Assembly (NCBI GenBank): GCA_021162855.1
Contig: JAGGXY010000083.1
Location: 1 to 32,411, forward strand
Reading direction: 5' to 3'
DNA length: 32,411 nucleotides
Source of the DNA: Methanobacteriota archaeon
GTDB lineage: Archaea > Thermoplasmatota > B47-G6
The position numbers were made by a program, and so were the translations under genes. The notes under the pieces are model-generated. The model had not been told where the DNA came from. It saw nothing but the letters and a program-made list of their open reading frames with translations, and searched no databases. Positions 1 through 9,371 of the stretch are shown one piece after another. Each line of letters begins with the position of its first letter. The first letter of the stretch is position 1.

Positions 1-164
1 AGACCAATGATATGCTCCCGATGAACCCTGAGGGGGCTGAGGTTGATGTGCCCCAAAGCTTACACAGGCTTACAAATGCCTATGTAGGCTGAACCCCATT
101 ATCTCCCATGGCTATACTATTATATACCTATCTCAAATAATACATGATTTTCAAGGTGATCACT

Positions 165-314
165 ATGGGATTCCCAGAGGCAGAGGCAAGATTGCTCAAT
201 AAGTATATATGCATGAAATGTAGCGCAAGGAATCCTCCAAGAGCAAAACGTTGTAGACGATGTGGCTCAACTAAACTAAGACCAAAAGCTAAGGAACCTA
301 GAGGAGGCAGATAA
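165..314 (+). CDS. rpl40e: 50S ribosomal protein L40e
   Basis: This short ORF falls below the track cutoff. ATG165 to TAA312-314 translates to [49 protein letters not shown]. It has a CxxC...CxxC zinc ribbon and an N-terminus typical of archaeal L40e. A GGTGATC Shine-Dalgarno sits at 155-161. An in-frame ATG at 144 is the alternative start. Confidence 0.85.
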   Translation: MGFPEAEARLLNKYICMKCSARNPPRAKRCRRCGSTKLRPKAKEPRGGR

Positions 315-466
315 AGGATATATTGGTTATTTTGCTCATTAATGACGTACGAACGCTCGCGAATATTCATGAATGCCCACAAGGACAAGAACAGTTTCAT
401 AAGGCGCCAAAAGGAAGGTCTTCCATATATGCACTATGCTTTCCATAATTAGAGGTAGTATTTGTT

Positions 467-1201
467 CTAACGTAGCTTCAGAAGCTTGTGTACCTGAGGC
501 AATACTCTTATGTTACCTCTAAATTTTTCTCCAAGCTTTTCAGACATTTTAATAAGAGATTTTATATTCACCCCCAGTAGGTTTCTGATCATAACAGGTT
601 GGAGGACTATCTCTATGTTATAATTTTCTAACCCTAATAATGCATTCTCAAGCTCCTTGATGGATGTCTCCGGAAGAACTACGACCTTGACATATGTTTC
701 AATGCCACTTTTGACAAATGTCTCGATGCATCTCTTCTCATGAGATATTAAGGCCTGTGGATCTGGGTGCGCCCTATGTGAAGGGAGCTTTATATCCACA
801 GATGCTATATCTATGTACTTAACTATTTTCTCTGCTTTTTTATATGGAAAACATGCAGTCTCAAGAAATGTTCTATATCCCTCTTTTTTCACTTCTCTAA
901 GAACTTCTTCTAAATCTTCTTGTATTAGAGGCTCACCTCCAGTGAACGATACTGAGTGCATGTCAGGAGTTTCTAGAGCCTTTATAATTTCTACTATGTC
1001 CTTTGGCGATATAGGATTGCTTATGTACTTTACCTCATCAGACATTATTATTTTAGCCCTTTTTGGAATTTCATATGCGTACTTTGTATCACAATATATA
1101 CATCTCAATGGGCAGCCTGCAAACCTTAAGAACACTTGTCTCTTCCCCACATATATGCCTTCACCCTGTATAGAAGAAAAAGCCTCATAAATGTATGCCA
1201 T
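467..1201 (-). CDS. queE: 7-carboxy-7-deazaguanine synthase QueE (radical SAM)
   Basis: The N-terminus reads SIQGEGIYVGKRQVFLRFAGCPLRCIYCDTKY, carrying the CxxxCxxC radical-SAM cluster motif in the QueE context. Length is 244 aa. It lies next to queC and queD. Confidence 0.9.
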   Translation of the reverse strand: MAYIYEAFSSIQGEGIYVGKRQVFLRFAGCPLRCIYCDTKYAYEIPKRAKIIMSDEVKYISNPISPKDIVEIIKALETPDMHSVSFTGGEPLIQEDLEEVLREVKKEGYRTFLETACFPYKKAEKIVKYIDIASVDIKLPSHRAHPDPQALISHEKRCIETFVKSGIETYVKVVVLPETSIKELENALLGLENYNIEIVLQPVMIRNLLGVNIKSLIKMSEKLGEKFRGNIRVLPQVHKLLKLR

Positions 1202-1288
1202 GGGATTTCCCCACAGGAGCCTTTTTGATTAGACAGCTTTGTCTTCAATGCACGTCTACAGGAGCTCGATTTAAAGTTTATGTGCAAT

Positions 1289-2026
1289 TTATAGATTTTT
1301 TCTATTTTTTTCCTCCAACCATTCCTTATACCATTTGGGATAATATTCATACTCTATTGGGTCTGGAATCCCTGCTTCCATAAAGCCTTTGAGTCTCAAA
1401 ACACAGCTGTCGCATCTTCCACAAGCCTTTTCCCCACCTCTGTAACAACTCCACGTTAAGTGTAATGGTGCTCCTAACTTATATCCCAGTTTAACTATCT
1501 CTGCCTTCGTCATGTTTATTAGTGGTGTCTCTATCTTTATGGGTCTGCCTTCCACTCCTGTTTTCATGCCAAGCCTAATAGCCTCCTGCATTGCCCTTAT
1601 GAACTCAGGTCTACAGTCGGGATAACCACTATAGTCTATTGCATTTACTCCTATGAATATGGTCTCGGCCCTCACAACTTCTGCATAAGCTGCCGCAATA
1701 CTCAAGAAGATTATATTTCTACCTGGCACATATGTCGGAGGTATTTCACTTCCTATTTCTTCTGGCCTAGTTCTCGTAGGAATCTCTATTGTGCTATCTG
1801 TAAGAGCACTACCTCCTATTTCATCAAGAGGAACATAAAGCACTTTGTGTTCTAGTGCTCCTAACTCTTTTGCTATTTTTTTAGCACTCTCCACTTCTTT
1901 ACTGTGTTTCTGACCATAAACTATTGTAAGTGTGTATATCTCATATCCCTGAGACTTAGCGTATGTAGCAGCTACGGTAGAATCCAAACCTCCTGATATC
2001 AAGCAAACAGCTTTTTTACGTGGCAT
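1289..2026 (-). CDS. queC: 7-cyano-7-deazaguanine (preQ0) synthase QueC
   Basis: It has the PP-loop motif CLISGGLDS and the C-terminal zinc cysteines CYRGGEKACGRCDSCVLR, both typical of QueC. A C-terminal extension of about 20 aa is present. Confidence 0.92.
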   Translation of the reverse strand: MPRKKAVCLISGGLDSTVAATYAKSQGYEIYTLTIVYGQKHSKEVESAKKIAKELGALEHKVLYVPLDEIGGSALTDSTIEIPTRTRPEEIGSEIPPTYVPGRNIIFLSIAAAYAEVVRAETIFIGVNAIDYSGYPDCRPEFIRAMQEAIRLGMKTGVEGRPIKIETPLINMTKAEIVKLGYKLGAPLHLTWSCYRGGEKACGRCDSCVLRLKGFMEAGIPDPIEYEYYPKWYKEWLEEKNRKNL

Positions 2027-2484
2027 GCTTCCTGACCTCCACCTTCATCAATGCATATTTCTATTTGGTATATTCCTCTTCTCCTAATTTCATCACTAAG
2101 CATTTCATAAAGTCTCTCCGCCACATATTTAGCCAATTCTTCTGCAGTAACAACCTCTATTGGAAGCACTTTTACATCTTCTTCTGGAATACACATGATT
2201 TTGTCATCCTTCTTTATAAAAACTAGACCATCCTCTCTTTTGGTCACTTTCTTCTCGGGAACTAGTACTTTATGATCCAATTCTTCGACAATCTTCTTTA
2301 ATGCAGACTTCACTATGCTGAAATCCACAATCATTCCATCGTCAGACACTGGTCCATAGAGTTTAATGCTCACATAATAATCGTGGCCATGAAGCCTTTC
2401 ACACTTTCCTGCACGCTCAACCCAGTGAGCAGCAGAGAACCTGATATTACGCTTCCAACCATCTATATATACATAGAACGTCAT
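1999..2484 (-). CDS. queD: 6-carboxy-5,6,7,8-tetrahydropterin synthase QueD (PTPS family)
   Basis: It contains the PTPS-type zinc and catalytic motifs FSAAHW...CERLHGHDY. The preferred start is ATG2484 (MTFYVY...), preceded by GAGGTG. The track start at 2505 is the alternative. The 3' end overlaps the queC start by 28 nt. Confidence 0.85.
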   Translation of the reverse strand: MTFYVYIDGWKRNIRFSAAHWVERAGKCERLHGHDYYVSIKLYGPVSDDGMIVDFSIVKSALKKIVEELDHKVLVPEKKVTKREDGLVFIKKDDKIMCIPEEDVKVLPIEVVTAEELAKYVAERLYEMLSDEIRRRGIYQIEICIDEGGGQEACHVKKLFA

Positions 2485-2552
2485 CTGAAACACCTCTGCT
2501 AACATAACTTTGCCTCATAGTATTTAAATGCTATTTCCTCTTCACAACAGTT

Positions 2553-2960
2553 ATGTATAAGATATATAAAATTCCAGACGAGGCAGTCGAAATGAGACCC
2601 TTTAAGATAAAAGGAATTATCTCCAAAGGATTCGGGGAGGGAAAATACTATGTAAGTGCTTACTCCAACATTATTGCAAGGAATTTAGGATGGAAACCAT
2701 ACCCTGGAACCATAAACATAATCGTCAATGAAGCCACTTGGAGAACTGTAAGGGCTCTCGCAAATAAAAAAATAAATGGATTTAAGAAAAATAACAGGAT
2801 CTTTCATGATGTATATTATGTCGAATGTGTCTTAAAAGGTGTTCGTGGCATAATAGTGTTTCCAATAGTAAGTAAGCATGGAAAAAATGTTATAGAAGTA
2901 ATTTTACCGAAAAAAATAAACATAAATATGGGAGAAAATGTGGAGGTTTTAGTAATATAG
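2553..2960 (+). CDS. ribK: CTP-dependent riboflavin kinase (archaeal RibK, MJ0056 family)
   Basis: It shows GFGEGKYYVS and PYPGTINI motifs, and its size (about 120-135 aa) matches archaeal riboflavin kinase. ATG2592 (MRPFKIKG...) is an alternative start. Confidence 0.8.
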   Translation: MYKIYKIPDEAVEMRPFKIKGIISKGFGEGKYYVSAYSNIIARNLGWKPYPGTINIIVNEATWRTVRALANKKINGFKKNNRIFHDVYYVECVLKGVRGIIVFPIVSKHGKNVIEVILPKKININMGENVEVLVI

Positions 2961-4298
2961 CATCTCCTTTTCTATTTTGCTGAGATATTCTGAGGATGCC
3001 TTTACATCCACAAATAGTCTTGAAGCTCTCTCTACGTCTTCCGGCATGACTTCTTTTCTGCCTTCACTCTCTGCAATTATTCTCGAAGGAGTCAATAGTT
3101 GTACTGCATACCTCAAAGATCTTTCTGCACCAAGTTTCACAAGTCTTTCTAGTGCTTCATCATTTATTTTAACGTTCTCTTCTCTCGCCCTAATTCTTAA
3201 TATTTCTCTTATCTCGTCCTCAGAATACTTCCTTGTAACAATTATCAAGAGCCTGTCCAGGAGATCCAAGGGCATTCCGTGTGGCGCCACGGCATCTGTA
3301 CCACGTATCTTTGTAACTCCTCTGTTCGTAGCGAAGATTATTATTGGAGCAAGTTCCTGCTCCAGTGCTCTATTGAGAAATGCAAATGTTTCTATATCTA
3401 ATAATGAAGCTTCGTCTATGAAGAGAACCCCAGGTATTATCTCTGCACGACCTTCTTCTATCCACTCTTTAACCATCTTATCTACTTCCCTTCTTACATC
3501 TTGACTTATCTCTTTTCTCTGAACACCTCCAAAGAATATGTCAAAGAGTGAATATTGAGATCTGCTGTGCATTAAATCAAGCTGATGAAGCGTAAGTGTG
3601 TATACAAACTCCTTCTCCTTCTTTACTGAACCAGAAGGTACAGGCACGGCCTTCTCTGTGTATAAAGTTTCATCACCAATGGCATCCTCAGCAACTCCTA
3701 CACGCACAATGCGGCCACTGTCTATATCTATCATTATAATATCTCCTTCTCTTATTCCCAACTGAACAAGCTGTCTCGTATATCCCTCATCTAGGCTTAG
3801 TTTTTTCTTTTCATCCTTAGTAGCAAGCACAATCTTAGCGCTAACGGGAACCTGCATATATGGATTCCACGGTGAAGCCTTTGTTTGAATGTCTACTTCA
3901 AGCACTTTTCCCTCATAAACGTTCCTCTTTTCTCTCACTCTCACACCAATCGCACTTCTTATAGCCTGAGTGAGGAATTCTGTTTTCTTGATCTCGGCTG
4001 AATAAATCTCGGAAGCTGTTATTGGGACGAAAGGAACATCTTCACCAAGTTCTTTTGCTATAGCCACTGCTATAGCGGTTTTACCACTACCTGGTGGACC
4101 TGCTATTAGAACAGCCTTTCCAGAGAACTTACCTTCCTTTATCATTCTAACTATTATGCCAGCAGCTTCTCTAGCTTCTTCCTGCCCCACCATTCCATCA
4201 GCGGTATGCTTCGCCTTAAGCCCCTCCAGACCAAGTCCTTTTATATGAGAATGGGCATGCACTCTCTCGAATGTTCCGCCTATTTCACGTATCTCCAT
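2949..4298 (-). CDS. TIP49/RuvB-like AAA+ ATPase
   Basis: It has the N-terminal HSHIKGLGL motif, Walker A GPPGSGKTAIA and Walker B LFIDEAS, with a RuvBL-type inserted domain between them. ATG4298 (MEIREIGG...) is preceded by GGTGAT. The track start at 4364 adds an implausible leader. Confidence 0.85.
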   Translation of the reverse strand: MEIREIGGTFERVHAHSHIKGLGLEGLKAKHTADGMVGQEEAREAAGIIVRMIKEGKFSGKAVLIAGPPGSGKTAIAVAIAKELGEDVPFVPITASEIYSAEIKKTEFLTQAIRSAIGVRVREKRNVYEGKVLEVDIQTKASPWNPYMQVPVSAKIVLATKDEKKKLSLDEGYTRQLVQLGIREGDIIMIDIDSGRIVRVGVAEDAIGDETLYTEKAVPVPSGSVKKEKEFVYTLTLHQLDLMHSRSQYSLFDIFFGGVQRKEISQDVRREVDKMVKEWIEEGRAEIIPGVLFIDEASLLDIETFAFLNRALEQELAPIIIFATNRGVTKIRGTDAVAPHGMPLDLLDRLLIIVTRKYSEDEIREILRIRAREENVKINDEALERLVKLGAERSLRYAVQLLTPSRIIAESEGRKEVMPEDVERASRLFVDVKASSEYLSKIEKEMLYY

Positions 4299-4392
4299 GA
4301 CAATCACCAGGGCTAGTTTCCTAAAAGACATCTTGATTGTCTTCAAGAAAAACTCGAAAAACAATTTGTGTAAAAATAAGAAAGAGACATGA

Positions 4393-4974
4393 TCACTCTA
4401 TCTTTATCTTCTTTCCAGACCTTTTCTCGGACCCCTTTTTCTTTATTATGATATCTAGTATACCGTTCTTGTATGTGGCTTTGATACTGTCTGGATCGAC
4501 GTCTGCTGGAAGCTCAAGTACCTTCTTATACTTCCTGTTCTCACCCTCGGCCTTTATGAGAAGCTTGTTTCCATCCATAACCTCGAGATCTATCTTGTCC
4601 TTGTCCACACCTGGAAGCTCGACTGTCACGTAAACCTTGTCCTTATCTTCTACAATCTCCACAAGGGGTTCCCTTTCTTCCTCAAGCTGCTCCTCAGTAA
4701 TACCTCTCGGCATCACCTGCCTTGGAACGTTTCCAAAGGTCTCTATCCTTGGCTTTCCATCAGGTCCTATGGAAATTGTAAAACCGTAAACGACTGACTT
4801 CGGAGATCCAGTTCTTGCCATTTCTTCAAATCTTCTCCTTAAGTCATAAAAGATCTTGTTAAAGTATTCGTCTATTAGCGTCATCTCTTCCATGAGCTCT
4901 TCGAATATGTCCTCGAATCCGTAAGGTTCCCATGGATCCCATCTGCGTCTTCTCTTCCTTGGCCACCATGCCAT
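4393..4974 (-). CDS. Small heat shock protein, Hsp20/alpha-crystallin family
   Basis: The alpha-crystallin domain reads VYVTVELPGVDKDKIDLEV...KKVLELPADVDPDSIKATYKNGILDI. A long basic and acidic N-terminal extension precedes it. AGGAGGTG lies 8 nt upstream of the ATG. Confidence 0.9.
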   Translation of the reverse strand: MAWWPRKRRRRWDPWEPYGFEDIFEELMEEMTLIDEYFNKIFYDLRRRFEEMARTGSPKSVVYGFTISIGPDGKPRIETFGNVPRQVMPRGITEEQLEEEREPLVEIVEDKDKVYVTVELPGVDKDKIDLEVMDGNKLLIKAEGENRKYKKVLELPADVDPDSIKATYKNGILDIIIKKKGSEKRSGKKIKIE

Positions 4975-5005
4975 ATTTTCAACACCTCCTGATTATGATC
5001 GTGAT

Positions 5006-5050
5006 CTTTGAAAGCGTCAAAGTTAATATGTATGTGGTTCTATATAAAAA
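5006..5050 (-). promoter_or_regulatory. Putative hsp20 promoter with operator-like palindrome
   Basis: On the minus strand, TTTTTATATA (5041-5050) lies about 70 nt upstream of the hsp20 ATG. A perfect inverted repeat CTTTGA-N5-TCAAAG (5006-5022) sits where the transcription start is expected, about 25 nt downstream of the TATA box. Confidence 0.3.
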
Positions 5051-5117
5051 TTTCTATTTAGAAAAACATTCGTACTAAAATGTTCTTAAATGGTACCTGG
5101 TTATTTTCAAACTCAGT

Positions 5118-6671
5118 ATGGAGACCGAGGAACGGTTAAGCATAAGTGCAAAAGGAAGCGCAACGATACTTCAAAACGTTATAGGGGGTCTTTCTGGATT
5201 AGTAGCCTTATTCTTCATTGCTAGGTATATCCCTAAGAGTTTTTACGGAATGTATGCCTTTGTGTTGTCATTGTATAACCTTTACCTCTTCATGGTAGAT
5301 CTCGGCGTTAGCTCCGCATATATTAAAAAATATACGGAGCGTAAGTATTCACATGACGACCTTTTCAACACTTTCATGAGCATGAAAATAGTTCTGTCTG
5401 TGTTAATAGTCTCGGGATCATTCCTTTTAGTTTATGTCATTCTTCCGTATTTTGGCTATAGGCTATTTGATGCCACAACTCAAGAACTCTTCAATACGAT
5501 GCTCATATGGATCCTCATTGAGGGAACTGTCCTTTCCGTTTTGGGATCTTTCATTAGAGCAAACATGTCCTATGTTACTGCAAATTTAATATCTTCAGCT
5601 GAAGCTGTTGCTAGAGCAATTTTACAGATAGCAATAGCCTTTCTTTATAAAAATAAATTGATAGGAGGCATTTTTGCTGCAGAAATGCTCTTAATAACGT
5701 TTATACTTTCTAGATTGCTGAACATGACTTTCATGTTACTTCTCTCAAGAAGATTGATCCTCAGATTCAAATTTTCTTTAAAATTAGAAATAGTTAAGGA
5801 TATTCTTAGGTTCTCAATACCTCTTGCTATAACCGGTGCTGTCATAATCATATCAGCGAACATAGACAAAATAATGCTTGGATGGATATTTTCAAGTGCA
5901 GATGTCGCTGATTATAATGTTGTCCAGAGATATGCCAAGTTTATTTCAAATATTGCCATGGGAATATCCCAAATATTTTTTGTAAAGGTCTCAATAGATG
6001 CCATGAATAAGAGCATTCCCGAAATAGAGAAATATCTAAAGGAATGGGAAGAAACCATTGCTATTATACTCGCTCCGGCAGTTCCACTTGCCTACGTCCT
6101 CTCTGATAATTTGATAATAATATTTCTTAGCAAGCAATATGTAACGGCATCTAATACGCTCTTCGTCCTTGTGTTGACATATATACTTCTTGCAATAAGA
6201 AGTCCACTCTCTTCCACTTTTTTGAGCTTTAATAAGCAGTGGACAGCTGCAGGAATTGCCATATTTGCAAACGTTCTTAACGTAATACTTAACATTCTCC
6301 TAATACCTGTGATGAGAAGCTTTGGAGCGGCACTCGCGACTCTTATTTCAGTTGGTATTTTGGGGTCGCTTCTTACATACATTATGCTGAGAAAAATTGG
6401 CTTAAAGCACTTAGGAGTGCGCTCACATCTTTATCTCCTGTTAGGACTTCCACTATTCCCAATCGCTTACGTCCTCAAGCCATATCTTTATAGAGTTTTC
6501 ACATTTTTACCAGCGGTTTTGGCACTCTACATAGCATATCTCATAGTAATGCGCGTCCTAAACGTCCTTGACAAGGAGAAGTTCGAAATTATAATGGGAA
6601 TGCTAAGCATTAAAAACCTCAAAAGAACTTTCATCGATGAGCTTGAACGAATAAAGAACAACTCACAATGA
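5118..6671 (+). CDS. Polysaccharide/oligosaccharide flippase (MOP superfamily, Wzx/AglR-like)
   Basis: The 517-aa protein is almost entirely hydrophobic, with roughly 12-14 predicted membrane spans. Its layout is typical of polysaccharide biosynthesis (PST) transporters. Confidence 0.7.
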   Translation: METEERLSISAKGSATILQNVIGGLSGLVALFFIARYIPKSFYGMYAFVLSLYNLYLFMVDLGVSSAYIKKYTERKYSHDDLFNTFMSMKIVLSVLIVSGSFLLVYVILPYFGYRLFDATTQELFNTMLIWILIEGTVLSVLGSFIRANMSYVTANLISSAEAVARAILQIAIAFLYKNKLIGGIFAAEMLLITFILSRLLNMTFMLLLSRRLILRFKFSLKLEIVKDILRFSIPLAITGAVIIISANIDKIMLGWIFSSADVADYNVVQRYAKFISNIAMGISQIFFVKVSIDAMNKSIPEIEKYLKEWEETIAIILAPAVPLAYVLSDNLIIIFLSKQYVTASNTLFVLVLTYILLAIRSPLSSTFLSFNKQWTAAGIAIFANVLNVILNILLIPVMRSFGAALATLISVGILGSLLTYIMLRKIGLKHLGVRSHLYLLLGLPLFPIAYVLKPYLYRVFTFLPAVLALYIAYLIVMRVLNVLDKEKFEIIMGMLSIKNLKRTFIDELERIKNNSQ

Positions 6672-6704
6672 TCACTCCATTACATAAAGGAGGTGCAATA
6701 TATT

Positions 6705-7703
6705 ATGGCATTCAAGATCCCATACATACCTGAACCTCAGGAGATCATAGATAAGGCATTCAGTAGGGCTGTAAAGGCGAGTCCACCAAGAGCTAGGGAT
6801 CCTCTTAAAAACAAGAAGAATATAGCAATAGTAAGAATTAGGACTGCACAAAGTGTTGTAGATAGTGCTCTTACTAAGATTATAGAAAATTATCCTGATC
6901 CCAGGAAAATGCACAAATTCTACTATGAACTCATAGATATATCCTTCGGAGCACAAAAGATAAGAAATGCACTAGATGGGATAAAATGGGCAAGGAGATT
7001 GGTCAACAGAATAGCAGATAGCCTAGTAGAGAAAATAAAAATGGCAAATGATGCTAAGACCATAGAAAGACATAGAAAAGCATTCTATGGACGCGTGGCT
7101 TCTATAATTGAGGACTTAGATGATGACCTTTACATACTTAAGAAGGCAGGAGCCGCCATCTCAAGTCTTCCAACAATAAATCCTGAAGAACCTACTATAG
7201 TTATTGCTGGATATCCAAACGTTGGAAAGTCGTCTCTTCTCAGGAAGATATCAAGAGCAAGACCTGAAATTGCTCAATATCCATTCACAACAAAAGGGAT
7301 AAACGTCGGACACTTAGAACTCGGATGGAAAGTGATCCAAGTCATAGATACTCCAGGACTTCTGGACAGACCCCTAGAAGAAAGAAACGAAATAGAACTG
7401 AAAGCAATACTTGCCTTAAGATACTTGGCTACAGTAATAGTGTTCCTGATAGATCCTACAGGTCACTGTGGGTATCCTGTTGAACCACAAGAACGACTAC
7501 TAGAGGAAATAAAAGATATGTTTCCGAAGATACCAATAATAGAAGTCGAAACAAAATCAGACATATTGAAAAGGGACAACAATAGACTGAAAATCTCCGC
7601 TGTCACAGGAGAGGGTATCGAGGAACTTCTACAAAGGATAGAGGTGATATTGAGTGAAAAATCAAAGAAAAAAAGTATCTATTGTGATACCAGCTCTAAA
7701 TGA
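6705..7703 (+). CDS. NOG1-family GTP-binding protein
   Basis: G motifs are GYPNVGKSSLL, PFTTK and DTPGLLDRP, with an N-terminal NOG1-type helical domain. ATG6705 (MAFKIPYIP) follows AAGGAGGTG. The track start is GTG6693. Confidence 0.85.
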   Translation: MAFKIPYIPEPQEIIDKAFSRAVKASPPRARDPLKNKKNIAIVRIRTAQSVVDSALTKIIENYPDPRKMHKFYYELIDISFGAQKIRNALDGIKWARRLVNRIADSLVEKIKMANDAKTIERHRKAFYGRVASIIEDLDDDLYILKKAGAAISSLPTINPEEPTIVIAGYPNVGKSSLLRKISRARPEIAQYPFTTKGINVGHLELGWKVIQVIDTPGLLDRPLEERNEIELKAILALRYLATVIVFLIDPTGHCGYPVEPQERLLEEIKDMFPKIPIIEVETKSDILKRDNNRLKISAVTGEGIEELLQRIEVILSEKSKKKSIYCDTSSK

Positions 7704-8361
7704 AGAAGAAGGTATTGAAAAAACCATAAGATCAATTCCTAAGGAGAAACTAATCAGCATGGGATACGATGTAGAAGTTATAGTAGTAGATGGAGGGTCG
7801 AAGGATCGAACGAGGGAAATAGCATCTTCGCTTGGTGCTAAGGTTATAATCGAGTCCAGAAAGGGTTACGGTAGGGCTTATAAAACAGGATTTAAAGAGG
7901 CGTCTGGAGACATTATAGTCACTGGAGATGCTGATGGAACATACCCCTTTGAACTCATTCCAGAACTTATTAGAATACTTGAAGAGGAAAAATTAGATTT
8001 CATAAACACAAATAGATTCGAAAAAATGGAAAAAGGGTCTATGAGCTTGCTTCACAAGATAGGAAACAAGATACTAACTTGGACTCTAAGGATTCTCTTT
8101 AAGATAAAGATAGAAGACTCTCAGTCTGGGATGTGGGTCTTCAGAAAAGAACTCTTAAAGAAGCTAAACCTCACAGGAGATGGAATGGAATTCTCTGAGG
8201 AAATAAAAATAGAAGCATTCATGAAAGGTTACGCTAAAGAGATTGGAATACCATATAAGAAACGCACTGGTGAGAAAAAACTTAATAGTTTCAGGGATGG
8301 ATTTAGAAATCTCGTATTCCTTTTCAAGAAGTGGTGGAACATTAGGAGGACCTCGAGATGA
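7654..8361 (+). CDS. Family 2 glycosyltransferase (dolichyl-phosphate sugar synthase-like)
   Basis: The sequence VSIVIPALNEEEGI...VVDGGSKDRT...TGDADGTYP is a classic GT2 fold with a DxD-type motif. A GTG start follows GAGGTGAT. The gene overlaps the NOG1 3' end by 50 nt. Confidence 0.85.
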   Translation: MKNQRKKVSIVIPALNEEEGIEKTIRSIPKEKLISMGYDVEVIVVDGGSKDRTREIASSLGAKVIIESRKGYGRAYKTGFKEASGDIIVTGDADGTYPFELIPELIRILEEEKLDFINTNRFEKMEKGSMSLLHKIGNKILTWTLRILFKIKIEDSQSGMWVFRKELLKKLNLTGDGMEFSEEIKIEAFMKGYAKEIGIPYKKRTGEKKLNSFRDGFRNLVFLFKKWWNIRRTSR

Positions 8362-9368
8362 GGGTGATAATAGGCGGTAAACCTGTTGAAATGAGGAGTG
8401 TCTGGGCAGAAGACGGCATAATAAAGCTTATTGATCAGAGAAGACTTCCAAGGGAGCTTGTCATATTTGAGGCAAAGACGTTAGAAGACGTCGCGTTTGC
8501 AATAAAGGAAATGGTTGTTAGAGGAGCCCCAGCCATAGGAATAACAGCAGCATATGGAATGGCTTTAGCACATGCTCAGGGAATTGATCCAGAACACGCA
8601 GCGAGTGTACTAAGAAATACTAGACCTACAGCTCATGATTTGTTTTTTGCTATAGATTACATGCTAAAGCACTATGATGAGGGATGGGAGGCTGCTGAAC
8701 AATATGCAAACGATGTGATAGAGAAGGCCAGGCTTATAGGAGTTCATGGTGAACCTCTCATAGAAGATGAAGACAGAATACTTACGCACTGTAATGCCGG
8801 TGCCTTAGCTGTTGGTGATTGGGGAACTGCTCTTGCACCCATAAGAATGGCCCACAGAAATGGTAAGAAGGTCTTCGTTTATGTCGACGAAACAAGGCCT
8901 AGACTTCAAGGCATGTTAACAGCATGGGAGCTCCTTAATGAAGGAATAGACCACGTTATAATACCTGACAATGCCGCTGGATACTTCATGTGGAGGGGAG
9001 AAATAGATCTCGTCATAGTAGGTGCTGATAGGATAGCTCTAAATGGAGACTTCGCTAATAAAATAGGAACGTATGAAAAGGCGGTCTTGGCTAAGGAAAA
9101 TGGCATTCCATTCTTTGTTGCGGCACCTATAACAACGTTTGATCCAAACATTGAAAACGGTATGCAAATTCCTATAGAAGAAAGAAGTGAACAAGAGGTT
9201 CTTTCAGTGGACAAACCAATACCCCCTCCAAAGGGATCACGTGCTAGAAACCCAGCATTTGATGTGACCCCACATAAGTATCTAACAGGAATCATAACGG
9301 AATATGGGATAATATATCCCCCATTTAAGAAAAACATAAAGAAGCTATTAAAAAAGATCACTAAGTGA
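8358..9368 (+). CDS. mtnA: Methylthioribose-1-phosphate isomerase-like protein (aIF-2BI / eIF-2B alpha-beta-delta family)
   Basis: The sequence IKLIDQRRLP...VRGAPAIGITAAYGMAL...VGADRIALNGD is typical of the MtnA subgroup. ATGA start/stop overlap with the GT2 gene. Sequence alone cannot exclude a sugar-bisphosphate isomerase role. Confidence 0.8.
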   Translation: MRVIIGGKPVEMRSVWAEDGIIKLIDQRRLPRELVIFEAKTLEDVAFAIKEMVVRGAPAIGITAAYGMALAHAQGIDPEHAASVLRNTRPTAHDLFFAIDYMLKHYDEGWEAAEQYANDVIEKARLIGVHGEPLIEDEDRILTHCNAGALAVGDWGTALAPIRMAHRNGKKVFVYVDETRPRLQGMLTAWELLNEGIDHVIIPDNAAGYFMWRGEIDLVIVGADRIALNGDFANKIGTYEKAVLAKENGIPFFVAAPITTFDPNIENGMQIPIEERSEQEVLSVDKPIPPPKGSRARNPAFDVTPHKYLTGIITEYGIIYPPFKKNIKKLLKKITK

Positions 9369-9371
9369 GAA

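Noticed and set aside
1-60. Box C/D sRNA (ATGATAT...GATGAA...CTGA near positions 7-32)
   Set aside because: The box-like words are only 2-6 nt apart. That is far too close for the guide regions of about 12 nt that an archaeal C/D sRNA requires.
128-400. 90-aa ORF on the minus strand
   Set aside because: It is the antisense shadow of the clearly recognisable L40e gene (165-314, plus strand). Its peptide is low-complexity with no family resemblance.
2977-3504. 175-aa plus-strand ORF, and similar ORFs at 813-1190, 4337-4633, 8906-9361, 11682-12062, 22212-22634, 23354-23603, 24198-24449, 27389-27658, 30848-31412
   Set aside because: All lie entirely inside, and antisense to or out of frame with, confidently identified genes. 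Their Ser/Leu/Ile-rich translations are typical shadow ORFs of AT-rich coding DNA.
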